This document shows positions 1 to 8,233 of a stretch of 32,164 bases of DNA, one piece after another. The notes beneath the pieces are model-generated. The model was not told the origin of the DNA, searched no databases, and saw only the letters and a list, made by a program, of their open reading frames with translations. Within the stretch, counting starts at the first letter, position 1. Every line of letters begins with the position of its first letter. Where the stretch lies: the NCBI GenBank assembly GCA_021325135.1, contig JAJPHT010000024.1, forward strand, positions 1-32,164, in the 5' to 3' direction. The position numbers were made by a program, and so were the translations under genes. This stretch comes from Pseudomonadota bacterium (GTDB lineage: Archaea; Thermoplasmatota; SW-10-69-26; JACQPN01; JAJPHT01).

Positions 1-104
1 CCACGGCGCATCTTGGCGGCGCGCCTCCTTCGGCGCATCTTCTTCTTCCGCCACTTCCAGCGCTGGTTTCCCTTCTTCTTCCAGACTCGGGAACTCCTCT
101 TCAT
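1..104 (-). CDS. rpl41e: Ribosomal protein eL41 (L41e/eS32), archaeal long form; 3' end runs off the window
   Basis: Manual translation from ATG at 104: MKRSSRVWKKKGNQRWKWRKKKMRRRRRAAKMRRG..., matching the archaeal eL41 pattern (W-K-K-K-G-x-x-R-W-K-W-x-K-K-x-x-R-R). GAGGAT SD-like sequence upstream. Not in the ORF track because it is too short. Confidence 0.88.
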   Translation of the reverse strand, partial: MKRSSRVWKKKGNQRWKWRKKKMRRRRRAAKMRR

Positions 105-173
105 GGGATGATCCTCAACGGAGCAGATATCCCAGGGGAATCCCCCGGGGAACGAGGCGAGGATGCGATTCCC

Positions 174-188
174 CTTCTTAATGCTTTG
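174..188 (-). promoter_or_regulatory. Putative BRE/TATA promoter for rpl41e
   Basis: Minus strand CAAAGCATTAAGAAG: purine-rich BRE-like segment plus ATTAAG, an AT island in a GC-rich background upstream of rpl41e. Confidence 0.5.
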
Positions 189-205
189 GCTGGCGGGGAC
201 GCGGC

Positions 206-340
206 TCACGCCGAGGCGTCGCCGCGCGAGGAGCGCCGCCGGGCCAGGCGCGGGGCAAGCTGCGTCTTCCAGAGGCCGAAGACGCCCACGACGACCATGC
301 CGCTCAGGGACAGGACGTCCGGCGGAGGGAGGCCCATCAT
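206..340 (-). CDS. Small hypothetical membrane protein (44 aa)
   Basis: Manual translation MMGLPPPDVLSLSGMVVVGVFGLWKTQLAPRLARRRSSRGDASA: one hydrophobic segment followed by a basic tail. GGAG upstream, GC3-rich codons, fills the gap between co-oriented genes. Confidence 0.4.
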   Translation of the reverse strand: MMGLPPPDVLSLSGMVVVGVFGLWKTQLAPRLARRRSSRGDASA

Positions 341-403
341 GGCCTTCTCCTGCTCGGGGGCTTCGTTAACGCTTGTCGTGCACACATGGAAGGGTCCTCC
401 CGG

Positions 404-646
404 TCATTTCGCGGAACGCAGGCGGGCGAGCCAGTCGCGCAGCGCGTCCACGAGGGGGGAGACGTGCACCGTGCCGCTTTCGCCAGGGACGCTTTGGACG
501 AACCGCTCGGGGGGCGCGTCGGCGTCCACGCGCTCGATCTCGGCCCCGTCGGGGCGGCGGGAGGAGGTCTTGATCCCCTCGGGGGTCTCCTCGACGCGCA
601 GCAGGGTCTCGTGGCGGCCGATCATGCGGGCGAAGGCGCTGATCAC
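404..646 (-). CDS. Hypothetical protein (80 aa)
   Basis: Normal amino-acid composition, AAGGAAGGGG before the GTG start, co-oriented with neighbours. No family recognised. Confidence 0.55.
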   Translation of the reverse strand: MISAFARMIGRHETLLRVEETPEGIKTSSRRPDGAEIERVDADAPPERFVQSVPGESGTVHVSPLVDALRDWLARLRSAK

Positions 647-698
647 GCCCCTTCCTTGGGGCCCCCCGTTGAAGCCGGCTCGGGGAGGGGCCCGGGGA

Positions 699-1175
699 TC
701 AGGGGCCCAGGGGGACCTGGTTCAGCTTGCGGCAGCGGGGGCAGAACCAGCGCGCGCCGGGCGCGGCCCTCAGGGGGTGGACGGTCTTGCAGCGGCGGCA
801 CGCGAGGCAGCGCCAGCCCCGCTCGGGCGTGAGGCCGCGCAGCGCGTCGTCCGCGGCCGCGGGCGCGGGCGCCAGGGCGAGGAGCCCCCGCCGCGCGAGG
901 TCCTCGGCGAAGAGCGCGGCGCGCCCCTCCTCGGCGCCCAGCGCCTCCGCGATCCCGCGGACGCTGCGCGCGCCGTCACTGAGGAGCCAGAAGCGCGCGG
1001 CCAGCCCTTCGAGGCTCACCAGCCGCGCGTCCGGGATGGGGAAGAGGCGCGAGACGAGGCGCTCCGCGGCGGAGAGCGTCCGCGGCAGGGCAAGCACGAC
1101 GCGCCCCTCCACCTCGTCCCACGCCACGCGGCGCCTCGCGGGGTACGACTCCGCCGTCTCCACGCGCGGCGCCAA
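699..1175 (-). CDS. PqqD-family (RRE-like) protein with C-terminal zinc ribbon
   Basis: 'RLVSLEGLAARFWLLSDGARSVRGIAEAL...FAEDLARRGLL' fits the PqqD winged-helix pattern (L..lg..vW.liDG.rtv..I...L). C-terminal CRRC...CPRC pair. Confidence 0.7.
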   Translation of the reverse strand: MAPRVETAESYPARRRVAWDEVEGRVVLALPRTLSAAERLVSRLFPIPDARLVSLEGLAARFWLLSDGARSVRGIAEALGAEEGRAALFAEDLARRGLLALAPAPAAADDALRGLTPERGWRCLACRRCKTVHPLRAAPGARWFCPRCRKLNQVPLGP

Positions 1176-1205
1176 GGCGGGCGCGGGTCAAAGAGGCTGC
1201 GGACC

Positions 1206-4200
1206 TCAGACGGGCGTCCCGCTCTTCTCGTTGGAGAGGACGCTCTCGCCCGCCGCGCTCCACGCCGTGATCTTGTAGTAGTAGACCGTGCCCGCGTGCA
1301 GGCCGCCCTGGTCGTGGAACGTCAGGGTGACGCCGCTGCCCACGCTGTTGCCGTTGAAGGCGACCTCGCCGCCGGAGCTCGTGCCGCGGTACACCGTGTA
1401 GTTGACGATGGTGAGGCCCGAGGAGGGCGCCGTCCACACGAGGTCCAGGCTGTGGCTGAGGCCAGGCGTCACGGTGGCCAGCGTCGGCGCGCTGGGCGGG
1501 CCCCACGTCGTGCCGCTGGCGACGGACGAGTTCGAGCCGAAGCCGCTGTCCGAGTACGCGACGATGGAGTAGTAGCGCGTCACGTTGTTGGAGCCCACCG
1601 TGAGGTCGTCGAACGTCAGGTTCGCGCTCCCCAGGAGGGCAAGCTGCGTGAGGTTGCCGCTGGTCGTGCCGCGGTAGAGCACGTAGCCCTGCGCGGTCGC
1701 GCCGCCGCCCCAGCTCGTGGGCGCGGTCCACACGAGGGAGAGCGCGCCGGCGGTCGCGGTCTTGGCCGTGACGACCAGCGACCCGGGCGCCGTGGGCAAG
1801 CCCATGGGCGTCGCGTGCGCTTCGGTGGAATACCCGCCCTCGCCCGCCGTGCCGTTGGCGCTCACGCGGTAGTACCGGGTGGTGCCGTTGGCGACGCCGT
1901 TGTCGTTGTACGTGAGCGTGCTGCCGCTCGTCGCCGTGAGGAACGTCTCGGTGCCCGACGAGTTGGACGCGTAGACGTTGTACGCCGTGACGTGGTCCAC
2001 GCCGCTCGTGATGTCCACGCTGGTCGCCGCCGTCCACGTGAGGGTGACGCGGTTGTTGGCGGCGTCCGCCGTCGCGACGAGGGTGGGCGCGTTGGGCGTG
2101 TGGATGGAGCCGCCGCTGGCCTCCGTGGAGCGGGGCGACTCGCCGTTGGCGTTGAGCGCGCTGACGTTGTAGTACTTCGTGACGCCCGTGCCCAGCGTGT
2201 CCTGGTAGGTGGTGGCCGCGGAGTCCACGGTCGCGAGCAGCGTCTCCGTGCCGGAGGAGTCGCCGCGGTAGATGTCGTAGCCCGTCAGCGCGCTGCCGCC
2301 GCTGTTGAGGGGCGAGGACCACGAGAGCGTGGCGATCCCGACGCCCGCGACGACAGTGAGCCCCGTGGGCGCGGACGCGACGGTGCTGGGCGTGGCGGAG
2401 AGCTCGATGGAGCTCGTGCTGTTGCCCTTGGAGTTCGTCGCGGTGAGGTTGTAGTAGTACGTCACGCCGTTGGTGACGCTGGTGTCGTTGTAGCTGAACG
2501 TGGAGGGGCTGAGGCTCTTGTAGAGCGTCTCGCCGCCCGTGCTGGTGCCGCGCCAGAGCGTGTAGTTCGTGACGTTCGTCGTGCCGTTGGCCGTGGGCCA
2601 GAGCCACGAGAGCTGCACCGCCCCGTTCCACGGCGTGGCGCTGGTGGCGCGGGGCGGGCCGGGCACGACGCTGGTGGACTGCGACGCGGAGACGGCCGAG
2701 GAGCCCTTCCACACGTACATGGTGAGGCCAAGCTCGGTGTAGACGCCCGAGTTGTCGTTGGTCATGTCGATGGTCGCGGTGCGCGTCGTGACCGCGACGG
2801 GCACGTCCGTGGGCACGGTGGGCCCGAGGTCGAAGTAGAGCGCGCGGTACTTGCCGTAGGTGAGCGTGTTCGCGAAGAACATCAGCTCCTGCGTGGCCGA
2901 CATGGTGTAGGGCAGGTAGGTGGTGAGGATGACCGAGCCGTTCTGGCCGTAGGCGCCGAAGGCCCCGGTGTCGGAGACGGCGAGCAGGTCCTCGCCCGCG
3001 TTGGTCTGCACGACGCCCGTGAAGAGGGCAGAGCTGCTCCCGCCGCTGAAGTCCCACACCTTGTTGTTGGTGCCGTAGCTCGCCCAGTCAAGCTCGTTGG
3101 GCACCGAGAGGAGGGGGTGCGTGACGTCGGGCGTCGCGACGGAGGAGGAGCTTCCCGAGATGCCCACGTGCATGAGGGGCTGGAGCCACTGCGTGTTCTG
3201 CTCGCCGCCCAGCACCATGATGCGGCCGCCGTAGACGTTCACGAAGTCGCTGATGGCGCTCTTCACCTCGTTGGGCGTGAACGCGTTCTGCGCGACGTTG
3301 GAGCCCACGACGAGCATGTCGTAGTCGGGCTTCTCGAAGTTCTGGCTGAACGAGGCGAGGGGGATGGAGATGTCGTCCACGATCCACCCCTTGCCCGTCG
3401 TCGCGTCGTTGTCCGCGACCCAGTGGAACGCGACCTGCACGGTGCTCGCGTGGACGCAGGCGGCGCAGGTGCTCGCGTCGATGGTGATGGTGCGCGCGGT
3501 CCAGTTGCTCGGGAGGTTCCCCCTGGTGTCCGTGGAGGCGTGGTTGAGGCCGACGGTGCCGCTGGTCACCTGGTACCACGTCGTGCCGGAGTCGGGGGAG
3601 AGCTCGACGAAGCCGTAGTCGCCCGCGTCGCTGGAGGTGTCGACCCACTCGTTCCACGTCATGGTGGCCGTGCTCACGGAGGAGAAGTTGGCGCTGCCCA
3701 CGACGGCGCGCATCTCGCGCCCCTTGGTGTAGCCCAGGGCGGAGAAGGAGTCGAGGCTCCCGCTGGAGAGCGCGAGGGCGCGGGAGGCGGAGCCGCCCCG
3801 GACGGGGGAGACGGCGGTGGAGTTGACGAGGGCGAAGTCGTACTTGGTGTTCCCGTTGCCGTTGGAGATCGTCGTCTGCGCGATGCTGATGCCCAGGTGC
3901 GAGACGAGGTTCGAGCGCAGGAAGGAGGAGTCGTCCTCGTAGCGGTCCCCCGAGGGGGCGGCCGCGCCGTTGTAGGCGATGGGGAGCGTGTCCAGGGCGT
4001 TGGACTCGCTGAGCGCCGTGCTCGTGAACGAGCCGCCCGAGTACTGGCCGACGTAGCCCACGCGGAAGCCGGTCATGCCGATGACGCCGTAGTCCGCGAG
4101 AGTGCCCGAGAAGAGGGGCGCCGCGCGCAGGTGGAACTCGTAGCCGGAGAGGCCCAGCGCGCTCTTCGCCTCGTCGTAGTCCACGTAGCCGTTGGAGCCG

Positions 4201-4592
4201 CTCGCGGTGGACGAGCTGCCGTGGGCGAGCGCGTCGAACTTGGTCGCGTCCACGCGCGACGTCGAGCCCCCCTGGAGGATGCCCAGGCGCGCGACGGCGT
4301 CCACCGCGCTGGAGCTGGAGGCCCACGTCGAGGGGTAGCCCGACGTGCCCAGGAGCACCTGCATCGCGTGGTCGCCCGTCGCCCGGAGGTCCGCGTCGGC
4401 GAGGTTCGCCGACTGCGCGCCGGGCGGGTTGAGGGCGAAGTGGAGGAGGTAGGTCACGCCGATGAGGAAGACCGCCGCGCCCACGACGAAGGAGACGAGG
4501 GTCCCCGAGGCGCGGTCGTCGGAGCGCCAGAAGCGGGAGCGTAGCCACGCGTAGACGCGCGGCGTGGAGCTCACAGCCACCGGACGGGCCAT
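1206..4592 (-). CDS. Large secreted/surface protein with five C-terminal fibronectin type III repeats
   Basis: N-terminal charged stretch plus hydrophobic helix (DDRA-SGTLVSFVVGAAVFLIGVTYLL). Five repeats with FN3 hallmarks (P.aP..l, L.W, Y..YRG, YY...A.n..G.s). Many N-x-S/T sequons. ATG 4592 preferred (GAGGT upstream, TATA spacing); ATG 4610 is the alternative. Confidence 0.85.
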   Translation of the reverse strand: MARPVAVSSTPRVYAWLRSRFWRSDDRASGTLVSFVVGAAVFLIGVTYLLHFALNPPGAQSANLADADLRATGDHAMQVLLGTSGYPSTWASSSSAVDAVARLGILQGGSTSRVDATKFDALAHGSSSTASGSNGYVDYDEAKSALGLSGYEFHLRAAPLFSGTLADYGVIGMTGFRVGYVGQYSGGSFTSTALSESNALDTLPIAYNGAAAPSGDRYEDDSSFLRSNLVSHLGISIAQTTISNGNGNTKYDFALVNSTAVSPVRGGSASRALALSSGSLDSFSALGYTKGREMRAVVGSANFSSVSTATMTWNEWVDTSSDAGDYGFVELSPDSGTTWYQVTSGTVGLNHASTDTRGNLPSNWTARTITIDASTCAACVHASTVQVAFHWVADNDATTGKGWIVDDISIPLASFSQNFEKPDYDMLVVGSNVAQNAFTPNEVKSAISDFVNVYGGRIMVLGGEQNTQWLQPLMHVGISGSSSSVATPDVTHPLLSVPNELDWASYGTNNKVWDFSGGSSSALFTGVVQTNAGEDLLAVSDTGAFGAYGQNGSVILTTYLPYTMSATQELMFFANTLTYGKYRALYFDLGPTVPTDVPVAVTTRTATIDMTNDNSGVYTELGLTMYVWKGSSAVSASQSTSVVPGPPRATSATPWNGAVQLSWLWPTANGTTNVTNYTLWRGTSTGGETLYKSLSPSTFSYNDTSVTNGVTYYYNLTATNSKGNSTSSIELSATPSTVASAPTGLTVVAGVGIATLSWSSPLNSGGSALTGYDIYRGDSSGTETLLATVDSAATTYQDTLGTGVTKYYNVSALNANGESPRSTEASGGSIHTPNAPTLVATADAANNRVTLTWTAATSVDITSGVDHVTAYNVYASNSSGTETFLTATSGSTLTYNDNGVANGTTRYYRVSANGTAGEGGYSTEAHATPMGLPTAPGSLVVTAKTATAGALSLVWTAPTSWGGGATAQGYVLYRGTTSGNLTQLALLGSANLTFDDLTVGSNNVTRYYSIVAYSDSGFGSNSSVASGTTWGPPSAPTLATVTPGLSHSLDLVWTAPSSGLTIVNYTVYRGTSSGGEVAFNGNSVGSGVTLTFHDQGGLHAGTVYYYKITAWSAAGESVLSNEKSGTPV

Positions 4593-4626
4593 CCAGACGA
4601 CCTCGTCCATAGCCTCTCTAGGCCCC

Positions 4627-4678
4627 TTTATAAAAAGGTCTGCGGGAAATCCAAGGGTCCACGCCCAATCGTCTTAAG
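4627..4678. promoter_or_regulatory. Divergent promoter region with two TATA-like boxes
   Basis: TTTATAAAAA at 4627-4636 (reads TTTTTATAAA on the minus strand, for the FN3 gene) and CTTAAG at 4673-4678, 21 nt before the GTG at 4700. Confidence 0.6.
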
Positions 4679-4699
4679 CGATCCCCCCGTTCGCGCCCC

Positions 4700-5782
4700 G
4701 TGCACGGCGTGGACGAGCGGGCCCCCATCCTCCGCGAGGACGGCAGCGTGGACAAGGCGCGCGATCCCAACCTCCCGGACGCGACCCTGCTGCGCATGTA
4801 CCGGTCCATGCGCCTCACCCGCGTCCTGGACGAGCGCTGCATGAACCTCCAGCGCCAGGGGCGCATCGGCTTCTACGGCACCTCCACCGGCGAGGAGGCG
4901 GCCGTCATCGGCTCGGCCGCCGCGGCGCGCGAGAGCGACTGGCTCTTCCCGGCCCTGCGCCAGGGGGGCGCGCTCCTCATGCGCGGCTTCCCGCTCCAGC
5001 TCTACTTCAACCACATGTTCGGCAACGGCGGCTCCACGGAGCTTGGCCGCTCCATGCCCATGCACTTCTCGGACCGCCGCCAGAACTTCGTGACCTGGTC
5101 CTCGTGCATGGCGACGCAGCTTCCCCACGCGGTGGGCATGGCCTACGGCGCCAAGGTGAAGGGCACCGGCGAGGTCGCCATCGGCTACCTGGGCGACGGC
5201 GCCAGCAGCGAGAACGACTTCCACCACGCCCTCAACTTCGCCGGCGTCTGGAAGGCGCCCGTGGTGTTCTTCTGCAACAACAACCAGTGGGCCATCAGCG
5301 TGCCCTTCAGCAAGCAGACCGCCAGCGGCAGCGTCGCCGTGAAGGCGCGCGCCTACGGCTTCCCCGGCGTGCGCGTCGACGGCAACGACGTGCTGGGCGT
5401 GTACGCCGCGACCCACGAGGCGGTCGAGCGCGCGCGCCGCGGCGAGGGCCCCACCCTCATCGAGGCCATCACGTACCGCATGCAGGGCCACAGCAGCAGC
5501 GACGACCCCACGCGCTACCGCAGCGCGGAGGAGGTCGCCTCGTGGGCGCGCCGCGACCCTCTCGTCCGCTTCTCGGCCTACCTCAAGCAGCGCGGCGCGT
5601 GGGACGACGCCCGGGAGGCCGCCCTCGTGGAGCAGCTCAACCGCGAGATCAGCGAGGCCATCGCCGCCGCCGAGGCGACGCCCCCTCCGCCCACCGACTC
5701 CCTCGTCACCGAGGTCTTCGCCGAGGTGCCGTGGCACCTGCGCGCCGAGTACGACGCCCTGCAGGAGACCCTCCGGAGGTAG
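4700..5782 (+). CDS. pdhA: 2-oxoacid (pyruvate or branched-chain) dehydrogenase E1 alpha subunit
   Basis: LQRQGRIGFY, TPP-binding motif GDGASSENDFHHALNFAGVWKAPVVFFCNNNQWAIS, and TYRMQGHSSSDDPTRYR loop. Substrate (pdhA vs bkdA1) cannot be resolved. Confidence 0.92.
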   Translation: MHGVDERAPILREDGSVDKARDPNLPDATLLRMYRSMRLTRVLDERCMNLQRQGRIGFYGTSTGEEAAVIGSAAAARESDWLFPALRQGGALLMRGFPLQLYFNHMFGNGGSTELGRSMPMHFSDRRQNFVTWSSCMATQLPHAVGMAYGAKVKGTGEVAIGYLGDGASSENDFHHALNFAGVWKAPVVFFCNNNQWAISVPFSKQTASGSVAVKARAYGFPGVRVDGNDVLGVYAATHEAVERARRGEGPTLIEAITYRMQGHSSSDDPTRYRSAEEVASWARRDPLVRFSAYLKQRGAWDDAREAALVEQLNREISEAIAAAEATPPPPTDSLVTEVFAEVPWHLRAEYDALQETLRR

Positions 5783-5785
5783 CGC

Positions 5786-6469
5786 GTGTCCAGCCTTGAC
5801 GTCCTCGACTACCAGGTCGCCCTGGACGAGGCCATGGCGAAGCGCGGCCCCGAGGGGCGCCCCCTCCTGGAGGCGCCGTACCGCAAGCAGGCGCTCCGGG
5901 AGATCCGCCGCCTGCTGGAGGCCATGGCGTTCCGCTACGCGCTCCTCGACGAGCGCGCGCTCCCCGAGGACCTGGACTACCTGCGCGCGCTGGAGGGGCT
6001 CAAGCCCGCGCCCGAGGCGGCGCGCGTGCTCGCCCGCAAGCGCCCCGTCTACGCCCGCGCGCGGCGCCGGCGCCTCGTGACCACGTGGGTCAGCCTCGCC
6101 GTCGTCGTGCTCGCCGTCGCCGCCCTCGCGTGGGCCGCCACCAGCGAGAAGGCGGAGCGCGTCGTGGACCTCTCCACCTCGCAGACCACCAACGCGACGT
6201 TCAGCATCGGGCCCAACGTCACGCGCATCCACGTCGATGGCACCATCCTCCCCGCCAAGGGGCAGGAGGGCACCATCGACATCTTCCTCACGAGCCCCAG
6301 CGGCAAGGTCTACACGCTCTGGCCCAGCGGGGACAACCGCGACACGTACCTGCGCCGCAACTTCGAGGGGCCGCAGGTGGAGCAGGGGACGTGGCGCGCG
6401 CTCATCGACCTCAACGGCGGCCCCGGCTCGGTGTACCTCATCGTGGACGCCGTGAGCCCCGCGAGGTGA
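5786..6469 (+). CDS. Hypothetical single-pass membrane protein with C-terminal beta-sandwich (PPC-like) domain
   Basis: Helical N-terminal region, RRRR followed by a TM helix (WVSLAVVVLAVAALAWAA), C-terminal 'IDIFLTSPSGK...GTWRALI' resembling PPC/P-domain. Tightly packed in the operon. Confidence 0.7.
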   Translation: MSSLDVLDYQVALDEAMAKRGPEGRPLLEAPYRKQALREIRRLLEAMAFRYALLDERALPEDLDYLRALEGLKPAPEAARVLARKRPVYARARRRRLVTTWVSLAVVVLAVAALAWAATSEKAERVVDLSTSQTTNATFSIGPNVTRIHVDGTILPAKGQEGTIDIFLTSPSGKVYTLWPSGDNRDTYLRRNFEGPQVEQGTWRALIDLNGGPGSVYLIVDAVSPAR

Positions 6470-6473
6470 CGCG

Positions 6474-7163
6474 ATGCGCGTGCGCGTCCGCCTCTTCGCC
6501 GGCACCCGCGACGCCGTCGGCGCGCCCGACGCGCACCTCGACCTCCCCGAGGAGGCGCGCCTCCGCGACGCCCTGGACAGGCTCTGCGCCGCGCACCCGC
6601 GCCTGGCCCCCTACCGGCCCACCATGCTCCTTGCGTTGGACGGCGCGTTCGCGACGCCCGACTCGCCGCTGCACGACGGGGCCGAGATCGCCCTCATGCC
6701 CCCCGTCTCGGGCGGGGCCGAGCGCGTCGCCATCGTGGAGGGCCCGCTGCGCCTCGACCCGCTTGTCGCCGCGCTGGAGACGCAGGAGGCCGGCGCGGTC
6801 GTCGCGTTCCTGGGCCTCGTGAGGCCCACGAGCCACGAGCGCCCCCGCGCCCAGGTGGAGCGGCTCCACTTCGAGGCGCACGAGGCGATGGCCCTCTCCG
6901 AGATGGCGCGCCTGCGCCGCGAGGCCATCGCCAGGTTCCACCTCGCCGACCTCATCATCCACCACCGCCTCGGCACGCTCCCGCTGGGCGAGGCCACCGT
7001 GGCCGTCGCCGCCGCCGCGCCCCACCGCCGCGCCGCGTTCGACGCGGCCCAGTGGGTCATGGACGAGCTGAAGACGCGCATCCCCATCTGGAAGCAGGAG
7101 ATCGACCGCGACGGGAGCAAGGCCTGGGTCAACGACCCCACCCGGAGAGACGAGCATGCCTGA
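6474..7163 (+). CDS. moaX: Fused molybdopterin synthase MoaD-MoaE (MoaX-type)
   Basis: N-terminal MoaD (VRLFA...EIALMPPVSGG) runs directly into MoaE (GAVVAFLGLVR, HRLGTL..GE, PHRRAAF, MDELKTRIPIWKQE). Confidence 0.9.
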   Translation: MRVRVRLFAGTRDAVGAPDAHLDLPEEARLRDALDRLCAAHPRLAPYRPTMLLALDGAFATPDSPLHDGAEIALMPPVSGGAERVAIVEGPLRLDPLVAALETQEAGAVVAFLGLVRPTSHERPRAQVERLHFEAHEAMALSEMARLRREAIARFHLADLIIHHRLGTLPLGEATVAVAAAAPHRRAAFDAAQWVMDELKTRIPIWKQEIDRDGSKAWVNDPTRRDEHA

Positions 7164-7725
7164 CGACGACCCCTTCCACGGACGCAGCCTCGCCGCCGCC
7201 AAGGCCCGCCGCATGGCGGAGCGGGCGAAGCCCGAGCCCAGCGCCCCGCCCGCGGCCCGCGCGCCCTCCGCCGAGTCCGAAGGCCGCATGGCGGACGTGA
7301 CGGAGAAGCCCGTCGTGCCCCGCGAGGCGCGCGCGGAGGGGTTCCTGCGCCTGACGCCCGGCACGGTGGCGGCGCTGCGCGAGGGGCGCGCGCCCAAGGG
7401 CGACCCCTTCCCCGTGGCGCGCGTCGCGGGCATCCTGGCGGCGAAGCGCACGCCTGATATCATCCCCCTCTGCCACCCCATCCCGCTCACGGGCGTGGAG
7501 GTGGACCTCGCGCTGGAGGCCGAGGGCGTGCGCGTGCGGACGCGCGTGCGGGCGGACTACCGGACCGGCGTCGAGATGGAGGCGCTCACGGCCGCCAGCG
7601 CGGCGCTCCTCACGGTGTGGGACATGGCCAAGGCGCTGGAGAAGGACGCCACGGGCAACTACCCCGCGACCGCCATCGAGTCCATCCGCGTCACCAGCAA
7701 GACCAAGGGGGAGCGCGCGTCGTGA
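7156..7725 (+). CDS. moaC: Cyclic pyranopterin monophosphate synthase MoaC
   Basis: MADVTEK, KGD, AGILAAKRTPDIIPLCHPIPL, TGVEMEALT, WDMAKA motifs. Confidence 0.95.
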   Translation: MPDDDPFHGRSLAAAKARRMAERAKPEPSAPPAARAPSAESEGRMADVTEKPVVPREARAEGFLRLTPGTVAALREGRAPKGDPFPVARVAGILAAKRTPDIIPLCHPIPLTGVEVDLALEAEGVRVRTRVRADYRTGVEMEALTAASAALLTVWDMAKALEKDATGNYPATAIESIRVTSKTKGERAS

Positions 7726-8231
7726 GCGACCCGGCGCGGGAGCACAAGGCGCACGCCCCCTCGCGGCTGCGCTTCGCCATCGTCACCATGAGCGACTCCC
7801 GCGAGCGCGCGCAGGACGCCAGCGGGGACGCCATCGCGGACCTCGCCCGCGCCGCGGGGCACGAGGTGGCGCTGCGCTCCCTGGTGCGCGACGAGCCGTG
7901 GCAGATCCGCGAGGCGTTCGAGGCCGCGCTGCGCGAGCCCGGCGTGGACGTCGTCGTGGGCACGGGGGGCACGGGCGTCGCGCCGCGGGACGTGACGCCG
8001 GAGACGGTGCGGCCCCTCTTCGAGCGCGCGCTGCCGGGCTTCGGCGAGCTGTTCCGCATGCTCAGCTGGCAGGAGGTGGGGAGCGCGGCCATGGCGTCGC
8101 GCGCCGAGGCCGGCGTCGCCAACGGCAGGCTGGTGTTCCTGCTTCCGGGGAGCCCCAAGGCGTGCCGCCTCGCCATGGAGCGGCTCATCCTCCCCGAGGC
8201 GGGGCACCTGGTGGCGCTGCTGCGGCGCTGA
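7722..8231 (+). CDS. moaB: Molybdopterin adenylyltransferase MoaB/MogA
   Basis: VTMSDSR, DASG, GTGGTGVAPRDVTPE, LPGFGELFR, SRAEAG, LPGSPKAC. GTG at 7722 overlaps the moaC stop (GTGA). Confidence 0.93.
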   Translation: MSDPAREHKAHAPSRLRFAIVTMSDSRERAQDASGDAIADLARAAGHEVALRSLVRDEPWQIREAFEAALREPGVDVVVGTGGTGVAPRDVTPETVRPLFERALPGFGELFRMLSWQEVGSAAMASRAEAGVANGRLVFLLPGSPKACRLAMERLILPEAGHLVALLRR

Positions 8232-8233
8232 CC

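Noticed and set aside
206-1175. RiPP biosynthetic cluster around the PqqD-like gene
   Set aside because: No radical SAM, YcaO, lanthionine synthetase, peptidase or exporter is adjacent, and the small ORFs lack an obvious leader/core pattern.
108-4544. 1478-aa plus-strand ORF
   Set aside because: Antisense shadow of the FN3 and PqqD genes; Arg/Gly/Ala-rich with no motifs. Long stop-free antisense frames are expected at this GC content.
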